From assembly GCF_048593235.1 (NCBI RefSeq), contig NC_133619.1, forward strand, positions 642,484,558-642,548,557: a stretch of DNA of 64,000 nucleotides. Direction: 5' to 3'. A program made the position numbers and the translations under genes. Positions within the stretch are counted from its first letter, which is position 1. Each line of letters opens with the position of its first letter. This document shows, one piece after another, positions 16,700 through 28,499 of the stretch. Source of the stretch: Sminthopsis crassicaudata. Lineage: Eukaryota. Below the pieces are notes generated by a model, which saw only the letters and a program-made list of their open reading frames with translations, was not told where the DNA came from and searched no databases.

Positions 16700-17960
16700 C
16701 TCGGGGCCCTGGCCGGCCGGCCGCCCCCGCCCACTGTCCGCCGCCGCCTGCCGCCTGCCCGCCCCGGCCCCGGCTCCGGCCCCGGCCCGGCTCCTCTGCG
16801 TTCCGGCCCCGGCTGCTCCGCTCAGCGCCGCGCCGCGCGGCCCGTCTCGGCTCCCGTAGCTCGCTCGGCCCGTTTCGGAAGGGCTCGGCTGCCCCCGGAA
16901 GCGTTCGGCTCCGCTCGGGTGCCTTCGGAAGTAGGGTTCGGCTCCGCCCCGCCCCCTGCCCGGCGGCCGCTCTCGGTCCCGCCCCCTCCTCGTCCTCTGC
17001 CCCAGATCGGGTTCCGGGCTGCCTTCTCTTTCTTACTCTATCTCTCTCTCCCTCTCCCTCTTTCTTTCTCGCTTATAAGACTACCTGTCGGCCTCGATCT
17101 GGGCCAGGCCCTCAACCTGGGCGGTCGCGGAGGGCCTCGACAACGGTCTCGGGGCGCCCCGCCGCTTCGGTGATTTCCGCCGTCACCTCCCCCGCTTCGG
17201 CTCTGGCCGCAGTCGGCCCCGCGGCGCGCATGCGCAGACGCGGCGCGCAGCCCGGGGCCGCGCTCGGCCATTTCCGGGCGGGGGCTTCGGGCTCTTCCGG
17301 AGGAGATTGTCCAGAGAGCTGCTGACCGAGCTTGCTGGGGGAGGGGTGCGAAGGGAGGCTGTTGGACGGCGTGGGGCAGTGCTTCAGAGGCCAACAGCGC
17401 CTCAGGAAGACGGAAAAGGCAGTTATTAGTCTCCAGGGAGCCCGGAGTGCGCACACACACAGTGGGGGGAGGGGAGAAGGGCGCGATGTGGGGGGGTGGA
17501 CTGTCAGCTGTCTGTTTAGACCAGCTCCGCCAACGCGGGAGCTGCACGCGAGAGACGGTGCCCGCCTATTGGAAAAGACCCGGAGAAACTGCAAGCCCAG
17601 CCAATAGTTGTTGGGCACTAGGCAGCGGGGGCGGGGTCAAGGAGCTAACCTTCTAGTAATCATCCGGAAATGCGGAGTAGGAGGGAGAAGGACAGAATCT
17701 TAGCGGTAGCTTCCTGCCTTTCAGTCTCCATGACAACCGCACACCGGGGAGGAGCTGCAGGTGAGGTGCCGCAAGAGCTCTGGACTCTCGGCTTAAACCG
17801 TGGCAACACGCCAGCCCTTTAGGCCGCGAGAGTAACGCGCGCCGTCCCAGAAGCGGTTAGCGCCGGGACCGAGACTGAAGGTGAGAAGGCCGCGAGCCGG
17901 GAAATAGAGGAGGGCCGTCTCCATAGCAACCCCGCCTCTCCTGTGCTTAAGAGCAGAACC
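16700..17960. promoter_or_regulatory. UBE2M CpG-island promoter, probably bidirectional
   Basis: CpG-dense. ETS/YY1-like CCGGAAATGGCCG on the minus strand near 17270. RFX X-box-like motifs at 17724, 17798 and 17917. Plus-strand donors at 17761 and 17881. Confidence 0.7.
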
Positions 17961-20339
17961 TCCGAGCACTGTGGGAAATGGCAAGGAGTCTGCGCGCAGA
18001 CTCCTGGGTAGTGTAGTCCAGGGGTGGGCGCGTGATGAGGGCAGAGCGATGGAGAGCTTGTACCTAGAGTAGGGGGTCGTGGGCGCGGAGGCCAACAGGT
18101 GACGGTATTCCCCCAGAGCCTCGGCTCGGGGTTCCAGCGCCTTGCCCCTTTCGGGGGAGGGCCCCTCACTTTTTGGCATTTGGGAGACTGGGGAAGACTT
18201 CGGAGTCTGGCTGCAGGGGAGGACTGCGGCGATAGGTGCGCACATGCCCACTGTCCAGCATACAGTCGGTCCCTCACAGGTGCTTGTGGATAAACTTGCA
18301 CTGCCGGGCCAAGGAAGTGCATTGGACCGGGACCTCAGAAGTTGGGGGAAGGAGGAGAGGGGCTGGAACCCTGCCTACCTGTCTCAGTTTTCTCATCTGA
18401 CAGAGTCAAGATCCACAACCAAAATGCGCCTTCTGGTGGTGGGCTGGCAGGGGAGCCCCCCCATCTGGGGTAGTGGAGGGGAGACGGGACACAGCAGGGG
18501 AGAAGTGGAACCTCTGCCAGGAAGGGGGGTCTCCGGTCCTGTCAGGGGGGCCACGTGAGATCTGGGGGAGCACGGCAGGGGTGGAGAGGAAGCTACCAGG
18601 ATGAGAGGTCTCTGGGCAAGGGAGCCCCGTACCCCAAGGCCAAATCTCACTTGGAATGGGGAAGCTGCCAAGTGAGCAACACTAGTCTCATTAGCCCCAA
18701 GGGCTAGTCCTTCAGGACTAGGACAGGTCCAGATCTCTCCAGCCAAAGTCCCTCCCGAGGGAACCCCAACCCCTCGAGAGAAAATACTATTTCCCCTCCA
18801 GTCCCCCAGGCCTAAATCCTGGTTGTGCCAGAGCCCAGGCCAGCAGTCTGCTGGCGACTCCTTGTCTCCTGTCCCAGGAGGTGGCTTCCCCAGGCTCCGG
18901 GACTTGAGAAAGAAGGGGGTATCCTCATCTTGGGAATACCTGCCAACTCCCCCATTGTGGCCTGGGTTCCCTGGGTCACAGGCTGACCATGGCCCTATTC
19001 TGTGACCTCTGTTTGGGGTGAGCAGGGAACTGGGCAGGGGTCAAGGATGGGACAGAGATGAGATGGGGGGCCGGGTGGAAGAAAGGGACCGTGGCTGAAG
19101 GCCGCCAGCCCTGACCCCCCCCCCCAGGTCTGGTCCCCGCCCCGAGGGGGGCCACCGGCCGGTTGCCACCTTGGGGTTTGACCGTCTCCTCTGCCCTGCC
19201 CCAGCCCACTCCCCATGTGGGCTCTTTGCCCTCTCGCCTTGGCAGCTTCCCGGAGGGCGAGTCCACATAGAGGGAGCTTTGGCCTGGATCCTCCCCTGGA
19301 CGATCAAGCCAGACTGGTGGAAAAGCAGGACTTGCTGAAGGGTGGTTCCCAGGCCGAGCATCCAAGAAAGGGCGGAGCTCTGCGTGACGTCAGGTCACCT
19401 TGGCAGCGGAGGAGCCCCTCCCCCTCCTCCTGGTGGGGGACCTGAGTCACTGCGGGGGATGATGTCCCAATGGTCATATGGAGGGAGGTGGTCACGGGCC
19501 CTCCTGGGTAAAGCTCCCGACCGGACAGACTCTTCTCCCTGAGACTGAGGGAGTCTTGTGCCTGGGGGAGGGCTGAGCATGATTCCCATTTCAGAGCTGA
19601 GGAAACTGAGGCTGCCCTGCATAAGGGGAGGAGTTAGTCTAAGTCTAGAGGGGTGGAGAGGAAGGAGAGACGAGGGCTCCAGAGTGAAGGAAGGAAGGAG
19701 GAGGAGGGAGGGACAGGGCTCTGGAGTGATGGGAGGGAGGAGGGGGAAAGAGGGGCGGGGCTCTGGAGTGAAGGCAGGGGAGTGAGCTCTGGAGGAATGG
19801 CTTCACAGGGTTGAGGGCTATCTGCTGCAGAAGGTCATGGAAATTGTCTCCCAGCATCCATCCCCTTGTCCATAGATTCTCCCCGCTCTGGAATTGCGCA
19901 AGCGCCCTTAAGGCATCTTCCCATCCCTATGGGATAAAGAGGTGAAAATGAACCATCCCTGTCCCCCCAGACTCCCATCCCCCCCTCAGGATGGGCTTCT
20001 TCCAGCTCTTCCGTGGACAGCTGCTAGGGGGCTGGCCGCTCCTTTAGCCCAGTGTGGAGAGTGCCCTGAGGGGTCTTTGCCTGAGGACTCCCAGAGACAG
20101 GAAGGGAGCTGCCCCATCCCCTCCCCCTCTCTGACCCAATGGGGCGCGCCGTGTGGGGCGTGCGGGGGGAGTGCTCCGGCGCATGGGAGCGCGCCACTGA
20201 GGCAGGCGCGGAGGCGGGCTAGGGCAGGGCCGCGCTGCACCTCAGGAGCTAGGTGGGCTATCCTGCCTCTAGCCTGGAGCTGCCCACTGGCGGAAGCTTC
20301 TCCTGCTCACGCTCTGTGTGCAGAAGGCTGCCCCGGTCC

Positions 20340-20520
20340 CCCAGTTATAAAGGGGAGCTCTGTGGGTCGCTGGGGTCAGTGCGGGAGCCCCAAGCCTTGA
20401 GCCAAGGGGCTCCGGGCAGGGAGGGGTCTGAGCGGCTGCGCTCCTCGAGGCTGGTAAAGGGGACGTGAGCATGCGCACGGGAGTGTGTGTCCGCTCCCGG
20501 AGGCGCGACGTCAGTGGTCA
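20340..20520 (+). promoter_or_regulatory. Orphan TATA-Inr core promoter with a candidate first exon
   Basis: TATAAA at 20346, TCAGT initiator at 20376-20380 (A+1 at 20378, 32 nt after TATA), donor GTAAAG at 20454, local CpG enrichment. Confidence 0.45.
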
Positions 20521-21217
20521 TCCCAACCCTGCAAACGGGGAGGTTTTGGAGCTTGGACCCTAGTGGGGAAAAGCATGAGCGAACAAGGGAAAAGAAATGC
20601 CGCTGCCCCGGCTGGCCTGTGTCCGGCCCGGGTCAGAAACGGTGGGAGGAAGGCCGGCCGCTGCCCCAGCCTGAGGCCCCGCCCACCTGACCTCCCCGAA
20701 GCACCCGCAGGAGCTCTTCGCCGGATTTCTTTTTCGATTTCATTTTTCTCAATGAACAAAACTTTCCTTTGCCACTTGGCGCCTCCCCCAGCCAGTCTGC
20801 CCCTCGGGCCGCCTCTGGCGGGAGCTGCTAGCCTGCTTGCTGAGAGAGCTCCCGGGATCAGGCCTGGCCCGGTGTTCCGCAGCCTTCTGGGAGTCTCCAA
20901 CCTCTGCTCCGGCACCGCCGGGATCCTTCGCTGCCTCTTTCCTCGGCGGGATCAGGACTTCCCTGGCCTGGTGACCCTTGAAAGGCCCCTGCCCCCCAGT
21001 CTTCTTCCTGAGACCCCGCCCAGCGGGCCCTGGGCGAGCTACCCGCGTCTCCTCTGCCAGGCTCCTCCCTGCACGCCGCAGTCGCGCTCTTTCTCCCCAA
21101 CCATTCTTGGACCCACTCCCCCAGTGGAGGTCCCCAGCCTCACCCCCCCACCTGATCCAGTGGTCTTCTCTTCCTGGGTAGAACACCGATTCCTTCCATC
21201 TTCCCCAAAAGTCTGTC

Positions 21218-21369
21218 CCGTCATCCCTCCTCTCCCTCGCCTCCAGCCTCTCCCTCCGGCATCCCTCCTCTCCCTCGCCTCCAGCCTCTCCCTCCGTCAT
21301 CCCTCCTCTCCCTCGCATCCAGCCTCTCCCTCCGTCATCCCTCCTCTCCCTCGCCTCCAGCCTCTCCCT
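21218..21369. repeat. 38-bp tandem repeat, 4 copies
   Basis: ccgtcatccctcctctccctcgcctccagcctctccct at 21218, 21256, 21294 and 21332. Confidence 0.9.
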
Positions 21370-21529
21370 CCCTCCTGCCCTGCAGACATGGCCCTCACGC
21401 TCCCCCAGTCACCCATCCCCAATATCGACCCGGGTCTGGCCTGCCTTTTGTGGCCGGTCTCCTTGAGAAAACCGAACATGGTGAGAACCTTCCATTTCTT
21501 TCCCCCCACTCTCTCCCAACCTCCCCATT

Positions 21530-23160
21530 CCACTCAGACCGCTCTCTCCAGAGGAACTGATGACCTCTCGGTGGCCATTTCAGCGGCCTTTTCTTAGTCT
21601 CTCTATGGCCTTGGATTCCATTGGTCAGTCTCTCTTGATTCTCTTCTCTCCTAAGTTTTCAGGACCACCTCCCTCTTTTTCTCCTTCCTCCATTCTTTTT
21701 TCTCTCTCCTCTCTCCGTCCCTTGGTGTCTCCTTCCCTTCCCTCTCCACTTTTCTCCCTCCCCCTTTCTTTTCTCTCCCATGGGTTCAACGACCATCTCT
21801 GTGCTGCCGATCTCTAGTCTCACATCTTTTTGGCCCAGCATGTTGAAAACTGGTTTCATTCTGCCCAAAATTTTCCGGTTGTCCAGGGTACTCCTATGCT
21901 CCCCACCCCCAGGCTCTGACTCCTATCTCTCACCCCCCCCACAGCCCTGCCATCTCCAAATCGCTGCCACGGTGTGCCAGTTTTACCGTCATAGTAATGA
22001 GGGAAAGGAAAGGGGGAACCCCATTTCTCGGCGCACAGATAATCCCATGAGGCGCAGTGTCCCCTGTAAATGAATTTACAGGCCCAAAAAACCTAGATGA
22101 ATAAATAAAAGGTTTATTGTAGGAATTTGGAAGTAAAGCTCAGTTAGAAAGACGCAGGGCCAAAGGTGGCCGTTGGCGGGCAGGGACCCTTACATGGCTG
22201 GAAGGATACCATGTGTTGGCTGGGAGGGCTCCTGCAATGAGGGTGTTCCGGCTCACCTCTTTTATACCCAAAAGATGGTGGGCGGTGCCCCAGTTCTGGC
22301 AGGCTCTCCCTGGTGAGGGCTGGGGGAAGCTGAGCTGAGAGAGGGGCTGGGTGAGGATATTCAAAGGGTGCCTTTGACCAGGATTTGTGAATCAAGGTCA
22401 GCCATGGGTTGGGCATTTAGGAATTTTAAAGGGACCCCAACCCTCATCAATAGCATCTCCTGGCATGCCCCCTTCTCCCCAGCCTGGCGCAGACCCTCAT
22501 CACCTGGCTATTGCTTAGCGGCTCCAGGTCTTTCTCCGCTCAGCCACCAATGGGATTTTCCAACCTCGGCACCTCTCCTGGATCAAATACAGAACCCTGG
22601 ATGAGCTTTCCTCGGTGCTCCTGCCTTTGCCATCTTCTTGCACCTTACTCTCATTTCCCACCTAGCTCCTCTGGATTTCATGATATCCAGAAACTCGTTT
22701 TGGGAGATGAAGCCAGCTCTGTAACTCAGCTCTGAAAATCATTTCCCATCTGGCTGTAGGTGGTAAGCTCCTCAAACTCAGAAATGGTCTTATGTCTTTC
22801 TGTGGCTTCCCTAGTACTTAACACACATGGTACGTGCATCCAGTAGGCACTTAATAAATGCTTAATGATGACCCTACATTTTCCCGTGTACTTTCCGACC
22901 CATCAACACTAACCTCCTTGAAGTTCTCTGGGCTCTAGATGGTTTCTCTGTTCCTCATGCCTGGAACCTTCTTCCTTTTCCACTGCAATTCCTGAGCTCC
23001 CCGACTTCCTTTAAGTCCCCACCCCTCTATATTTCATCAGCTTCCTCTTTGTAGCTTGTTTCCCACTAAAGAGTGGGAGCTCCTTGTGGACAGGGCCTAG
23101 CTTTGGCCTTTTTATTTTGAGCACATAGCATAGTGCCTGACACATGTTAAAACTTCCATT
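21530..23160 (+). mobile_element. LINE-2 remnants split by an LTR
   Basis: RT remnant SHGFNDHLCAAD (L2 HGFNYHLYADD-like). L2 3' tail taggcacttaataaatgct near 22845. Confidence 0.65.
21995..22449 (-). mobile_element. Solo LTR (ERV1-like) with 4-bp TSD ATAG
   Basis: Termini TAATGAGG...CCTCATCA flanked by atag on both sides (21991-21994 and 22450-22453). Homologous to the LTR at 424-1040. Confidence 0.8.
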
Positions 23161-23176
23161 AATAGTAATAACAATT

Positions 23177-23312
23177 GGGGCAGTTGGGTGGCGCAATGGA
23201 TAGAGCACCATCCCTGGAGTCAGAAGGACCCAAGTTCAAATCCAGCCTCAGGTACATCATTAGCTGTGTGACCCTGGACAAGTCACTTAATCCCAACTGC
23301 CTAACCAAAAAA
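23177..23312 (+). mobile_element. tRNA-derived CORE-SINE (marsupial WSINE1/MAR1-type)
   Basis: ggggcagttgggtggcgcaatggatagagc...gttcaaatcc (A and B boxes), the core gctgtgtgaccctggacaagtcac, and an A-rich tail. Confidence 0.85.
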
Positions 23313-23479
23313 GAAATTACTATCTTTTATATAGCTTTATGGTTTTGGAAAGCTCTCGTTTGATCCTTACAACAACTGTGGGAGGTAGGCACTAGTATCC
23401 CCATTTTACAAATGAGGAGACTGAGGCAGTCAGAGGCCCAGTTTAAGTAAGTGTTTAGGTCCAGCAATTTGTGCATTTT

Positions 23480-24720
23480 GAAATGGATTAACTGACTGAT
23501 TGAAGTGCCTGAAACGTGTGGTGCAAGAGGAGCTTGGGAGAGTCCTGGACTCTGTATCTTTATCTGGGAATCAATGGCCTGAAGGAAAATGGAATCCCTG
23601 GGATCTGAGGAGGTTCCCCAATGAAGCAGAGGAGAGGGAGAAGTCCTAAGACAGAGCCTTGAGGGGCACCCATTCTCTTGGAGATCTGGCAAAGCAGCCC
23701 AGGTCGGGCCGCACGGGCAGGAGGAGGGGGAGAGGGGTGGTGTGGGGACCTTGAGAGAGCAGGGGCTTCCCAGGGTCCAGAGAAGAAGCCCCGACCACTG
23801 GCATCATTAGGGATGGCTAAGGAGAGAGGCAGTGGAGGCGGGCACGCACCTGGTTTGGATGGCCTTCTGGCTAAGGATGGTTTGGGGGAGCTGCTGCCAA
23901 GAGGGAGTGCCTGCTTTGGGGATTTTCTCCGTCTCTGTCCGTCACCATGAATTCCATTCCAGGGACTGGGCCTGGGCCTGGTTCTGGCAAAGGATAATCT
24001 GCAAGAAGACAAAGGAGCCAGAGATCCAACGTGGAGGGTGGCAGAGGCTTCAGCTGCTGCACAGGGCTGAGAGGGAAGCCACAGGAAGGGCAGTGGCCCA
24101 GGAGCAGATGGGGAAAGGTCAGAGGTCCACGCAGGGAAGAGTGGGATGAGGTCTCAGAGAACAAGGGAGGGGACTCTGGAGATTGGCGGCACAGTCAAAG
24201 TCCAGCGCTGAGGCGGAGCACAGGGATGCCTCGTAGAGACTGGGTAGATTGAGAAAGTTGAGAATTTGAGGGGAGAGGGAGGGAAGGGGGTTATGAATGG
24301 GGAACTGAGATGGAGAGAAGGACCCTGAGCTACTCACTGAACTCGTTCTGTGAGGAAGGAGAACCTCCTCTAGAAGACCACCAGGGTCTGGAGGGGCAAT
24401 TAAGGGGGAGAGGCTTTAGCAGCAGGGGGCTGCGGGCAGCAGGAGAAAAGCCCCTGTTTCATCTGTGAAAGGATAAGACAAGCCCCTCTCAAGTCTGTGG
24501 TGTAATAAGTTCTTAGCCAGTGCCTGGCACATCCTTCCCTGCCCTGCAAAGAGCAGCTACGGCAGCAATGTCCAGAGAAAGGGTGCAGTGGATGGAAGAT
24601 GGAAGCAAGATGAGGGGGAGCTTGTGAATTATGCAGCAAGCCTTCCGGAAGGCACAGTGGAAAAGGCTAGCAGAGTTAGTGGGGAGCAATGGAGTGAACA
24701 ATTACAATTGTTTATTAAAA
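23480..24720 (-). mobile_element. Decayed LINE-2 ORF2 (reverse transcriptase region)
   Basis: Minus-strand GAPQGSVLGLL matches the non-LTR RT motif GVPQGSVLGP. Confidence 0.65.
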
Positions 24721-24734
24721 GCCTTTTCTTTTTA

Positions 24735-25675
24735 AAAATATGATTAATTTTATAATTATAATTTTTTTGACAGTACATATGCATGGGTAATTTTTTTTAC
24801 AACATTATCCCTTGTATTCACTTTTCCAAATTTTTCCCTCCCTCCCTCTACTCCCCTCCCCTAGATGACAGGCAATCCCATATATATTAAATGTGTTACA
24901 GTATATCCTAGATACAATATATGTGTGTAAAACCAAATTTCTTGTTGCATAGGAAGAATTGGATTCAGAAGTTATAAGTAACCTGGGTAGAAAGACAATA
25001 GTGCAAACATTTTACACTTGTTTCCCAGTGTTCCTTCTCTGGGTGTAGCTGTTTCTGTCCATCATTGATCAACTGGAACTAAATTGGATCTTCTCTATGT
25101 TGAAGATATCCACTTCAGTTAGAATATATCTTCATACAGTATCGTTGTTGAAGTGTATAATGATCTCCTGGTTCTGCTCTTTTCACTCAGCATTAGATCA
25201 TGTAAGTCTCTCTAAGCCTCTCTGTATTCCTCCTGTTGGTCATTTCTTACAGAGCAATAATATTCCATAACCTTCATATACCATAATTTACCCAACCATT
25301 CTCCAATTGATGGACATCCATTCAACTTCCAGTTTCTAGCTACAACAAAAAGAGCTGCCACAAACATTTTGGCACATATATATATGTCTCTTTCCCTTCT
25401 TTAGTATTTCTTTGGAATATAAGCCCAGTAGTAGCACTGCTGGATCAAAGGGTATGCACAATTTGATAACTTTTTTGGCATAGTTTCAAATTGCTCTCCA
25501 TGGCTGGATTCTTTCACAACTCCACCAACAATGCATCAGTGTCCCAGTTTTCCCACATCCCCTCCAACATTCATCATTATTTGTTTCTGTCATCTTAGCC
25601 AATCTGATAGGTGTGTAGTGGTATCTCAGAGTTGTCTTAATTTGCATTTCTCTGATCAGTAGTGATTTGGAACAC
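24735..25675 (-). mobile_element. Marsupial LINE-1 3' end
   Basis: T-rich tail then the L1 3' UTR and ORF2 C-terminus (cccagtagtagcactgctggatc, cactacacacctatcagattggc on the minus strand). Confidence 0.85.
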
Positions 25676-25786
25676 TAAAAGCTGTTTATTTTCAAAACAT
25701 GCATGGATAATTTTCAACATTCACCCTTGCAAAACCTGGGGTTCCACATTTTTTTCTCTCTTCTCCCTCTTCCCCAGACAGCAAGT

Positions 25787-28437
25787 TATTATGGGCCAGA
25801 ACTCTGTACTTGAAACAAGGATCCTTACAAAGTGTTAAGACAGTGGAATTGAGAAGACAATAGTTATCTAGTTTAACATGGTGATTAATAGTTCTCTAGT
25901 TCAGTATGATTGATTTAATCTTACAACAAATAATGGTTTCCTAGTGATATGATTGGTTTGTACTCAGTATACTGCATATAAACTGGGAAAAACTCAGCCA
26001 GAGACAGACTCAGAAAGGCTCAAAGACATATTCAGAGGAGACAGAGGACTGGAGGCTAGAGCACAAGCCCTTGGGCTGAGAGAGACTTCAAGGCAGAGAC
26101 CATTGTGGTGGTTTTCCTGCCTCTCCCCCAGAAATAAGACACATTTCAGAGGACTTCCAGAAAGCTAGCCCAGGCCTCGGGCAAGGAAACTAGATTGTGA
26201 AAGAGATAATAAAGAATTTGGATTTTTATCTCTGACTATTCTCATGCTGAAATGAAGGCTGGTCCAGAGACCTCCAGAAAACTAACCAGAATACTACATT
26301 TTGGTGCCCGAACAGGGACTAAGGACCTACGTCTGTGACCCAGAAATTAGGGTGAGTACAAAAACAGACAAGAACGAAACTTTGTTAAGGGCTAAACTAA
26401 TAAACTAAACATTATAGCTGAAATGGGACCAACCAGTAAGTAAAGGTCAGTATGCAGACACTTCAGCACAGATTAATTACTTTTTGATAGCATTTGAGCA
26501 AATTGCTGCTGCTCCCTCCCAGGAAGACAAGATAGAGGGGAAGCCTTCACAAAAATAGAGCAAAGTCCAAATGAATCCTTTGCTGATTTTGTGAGATGTC
26601 TGCAGACAGCTGTCAAAAGAACCATTGGAGAAAATGCAGCAATAGAAATTATGATGACAATTTGCTAGAGAAAATGCTAATGAGGTTTCTAGAAGAATTA
26701 TTCTAGGACTACACAAGGATGCTCCTTTAGAGGAGATCATAAGAGGCTGAGGCACAGTGGGCACAAATGCCTTTTATACCCAGGCTATGATGCTGAACAT
26801 GGGAAGACAGGGTCCCTCTTGGCAAGGGACTTCCAGAGAGACTTGTCAATGCTTTCAGTGTGGTAAAGTAGGGCATCTGAAAGCTCAATATAGGCATAGA
26901 GATAGAGTGAGAAGACAGGATGAGAAAAGGCCCCAAATCCCATGTCCAAAATGCAAGAAGGACTTCTACTAGGCCTCAGAATGTAGATTGACTCAGGAAA
27001 ATGAGAGGTGGGGCCCGGTTCCAAGACCTCAAACAAAAAATAGGTGTTGCATGATGGCAGCTGAGGTTACATCCAGAAAGTCTTTATAAGTTCAGGACTC
27101 TGATATGGTCATTCATCAGAGAAGCAATCAGATGGGAGAAAGGGATTACAACTGGGGAGAATAAGGCTTTTTAACCCAACAGAAGGGCAGTGTCCAGTGC
27201 CAGCAGGTTCAATATAATCATCAGATGATGTGGAGAGATCCAGAAAGTAGTGACTGGTAGGGACTAGATAGGTTAACTGCTTAGGGGAGAGGATTTGCTT
27301 GTATCTCTACAGATGGAAAAGGAATCAGATGGGTTCCAATGAGCCAATTTGCTTTGTCCATTGGAGAGAAACAAAAAACAGAAAAAAACCTCAAAACAAA
27401 GAATAAGACTTAAGAAATATCTGACACTGAAAGAGCATGGTTAATAATGAGACTGTTTATAGAACATTAAAACCAGCAGGAATCATTGGCTTCCCTGAGA
27501 CATGATAAGATTGTTTCAGGACTTCAAAATCTACAGGAATCATTGGATTCTGTGACACATGAAGCAGTGGACAATAGATTGGTTCTGCACTATTTCCAAG
27601 ACTTATGGACATGTATAATTCCTAATGCTGATTCATGTTGTTTGTTACATCACTACTAACCTGTGTTACTATGTGCTTACGTAATACCTCTCATGTTTGA
27701 TTTATATATACCTGTTTCAGGTGAGACCCTTCAGAAACCTGCTAAACTAGTTTGATTTCCCATTTCCCTTTAGTATTTTCATCTCCCTTTTCTGAAGTCA
27801 GTCAGGGCATGACCACCTATGTTCTAAAACAAAAGAAAAGGGGAGATGTTATGGGCCAGAACTCTGTACTTGAAACAAGAATTCTTACAAGGTGTTAAGT
27901 TAGTGGAATTGATTAGACAATGGTTATCTAGTTTAGCATGGCGATTAATAGTTCTCTAGTTCAGTATGATTGATTTAATCTTACAACAAATAATGGTTCC
28001 CTAGTGATATAATGATTGGTTTATACTCGGTATACTGCATATAAATTGGCACAAACTCAACCAGAGACAGACTCAGAAAGGCTCGGAGACAGACTCGGAG
28101 AAGACAGAGGACTGGAGGCAGGAGCTCAAGTTCTTGAAGCCAAAGAGAGACATTCATTCTATCTCCCACATTTGTGGTGGCTGGAGGCAGAAGCACAAAC
28201 CCTCAGACTGAGACTTCAAGACAGAAACTGTCTTGGTGGTCCTCCTGCTTCCTCCACAGAAACCAAGACACATTCCGGAGGACCTCAAGAAAGCTAGCCC
28301 GGGCCCCAGGCAAAGAAACTAGACTGTGAAAGAGATAAGTAATTTGGACTTTATCCCTGGCGGTTTTTGTGGTGATTACTCTACTGAAACGAAGGCTGGT
28401 CCAGAGACCTCCAAAAAAAAACAACTAGAATACTGCA
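25787..28437 (+). mobile_element. Internally deleted ERV2 (betaretrovirus-like) provirus. LTRs at 25787-26298 and 27847-28437
   Basis: Two homologous LTRs. PBS TGGTGCCCGAACAGGGAC at 26302-26319 (17/18 to tRNA-Lys). Gag CA remnants, NC knuckle CFQCGKVGHLKAQ, integrase C-terminal GRGFACIS...IRWVP, and a polypurine tract before 27847. No pro, RT or env seen. Confidence 0.9.
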
Positions 28438-28499
28438 AGAAAGTCATCTAATATATGTAAAACATGGGCAATTCTTCTGTACATTTTTGTTACACAAAA

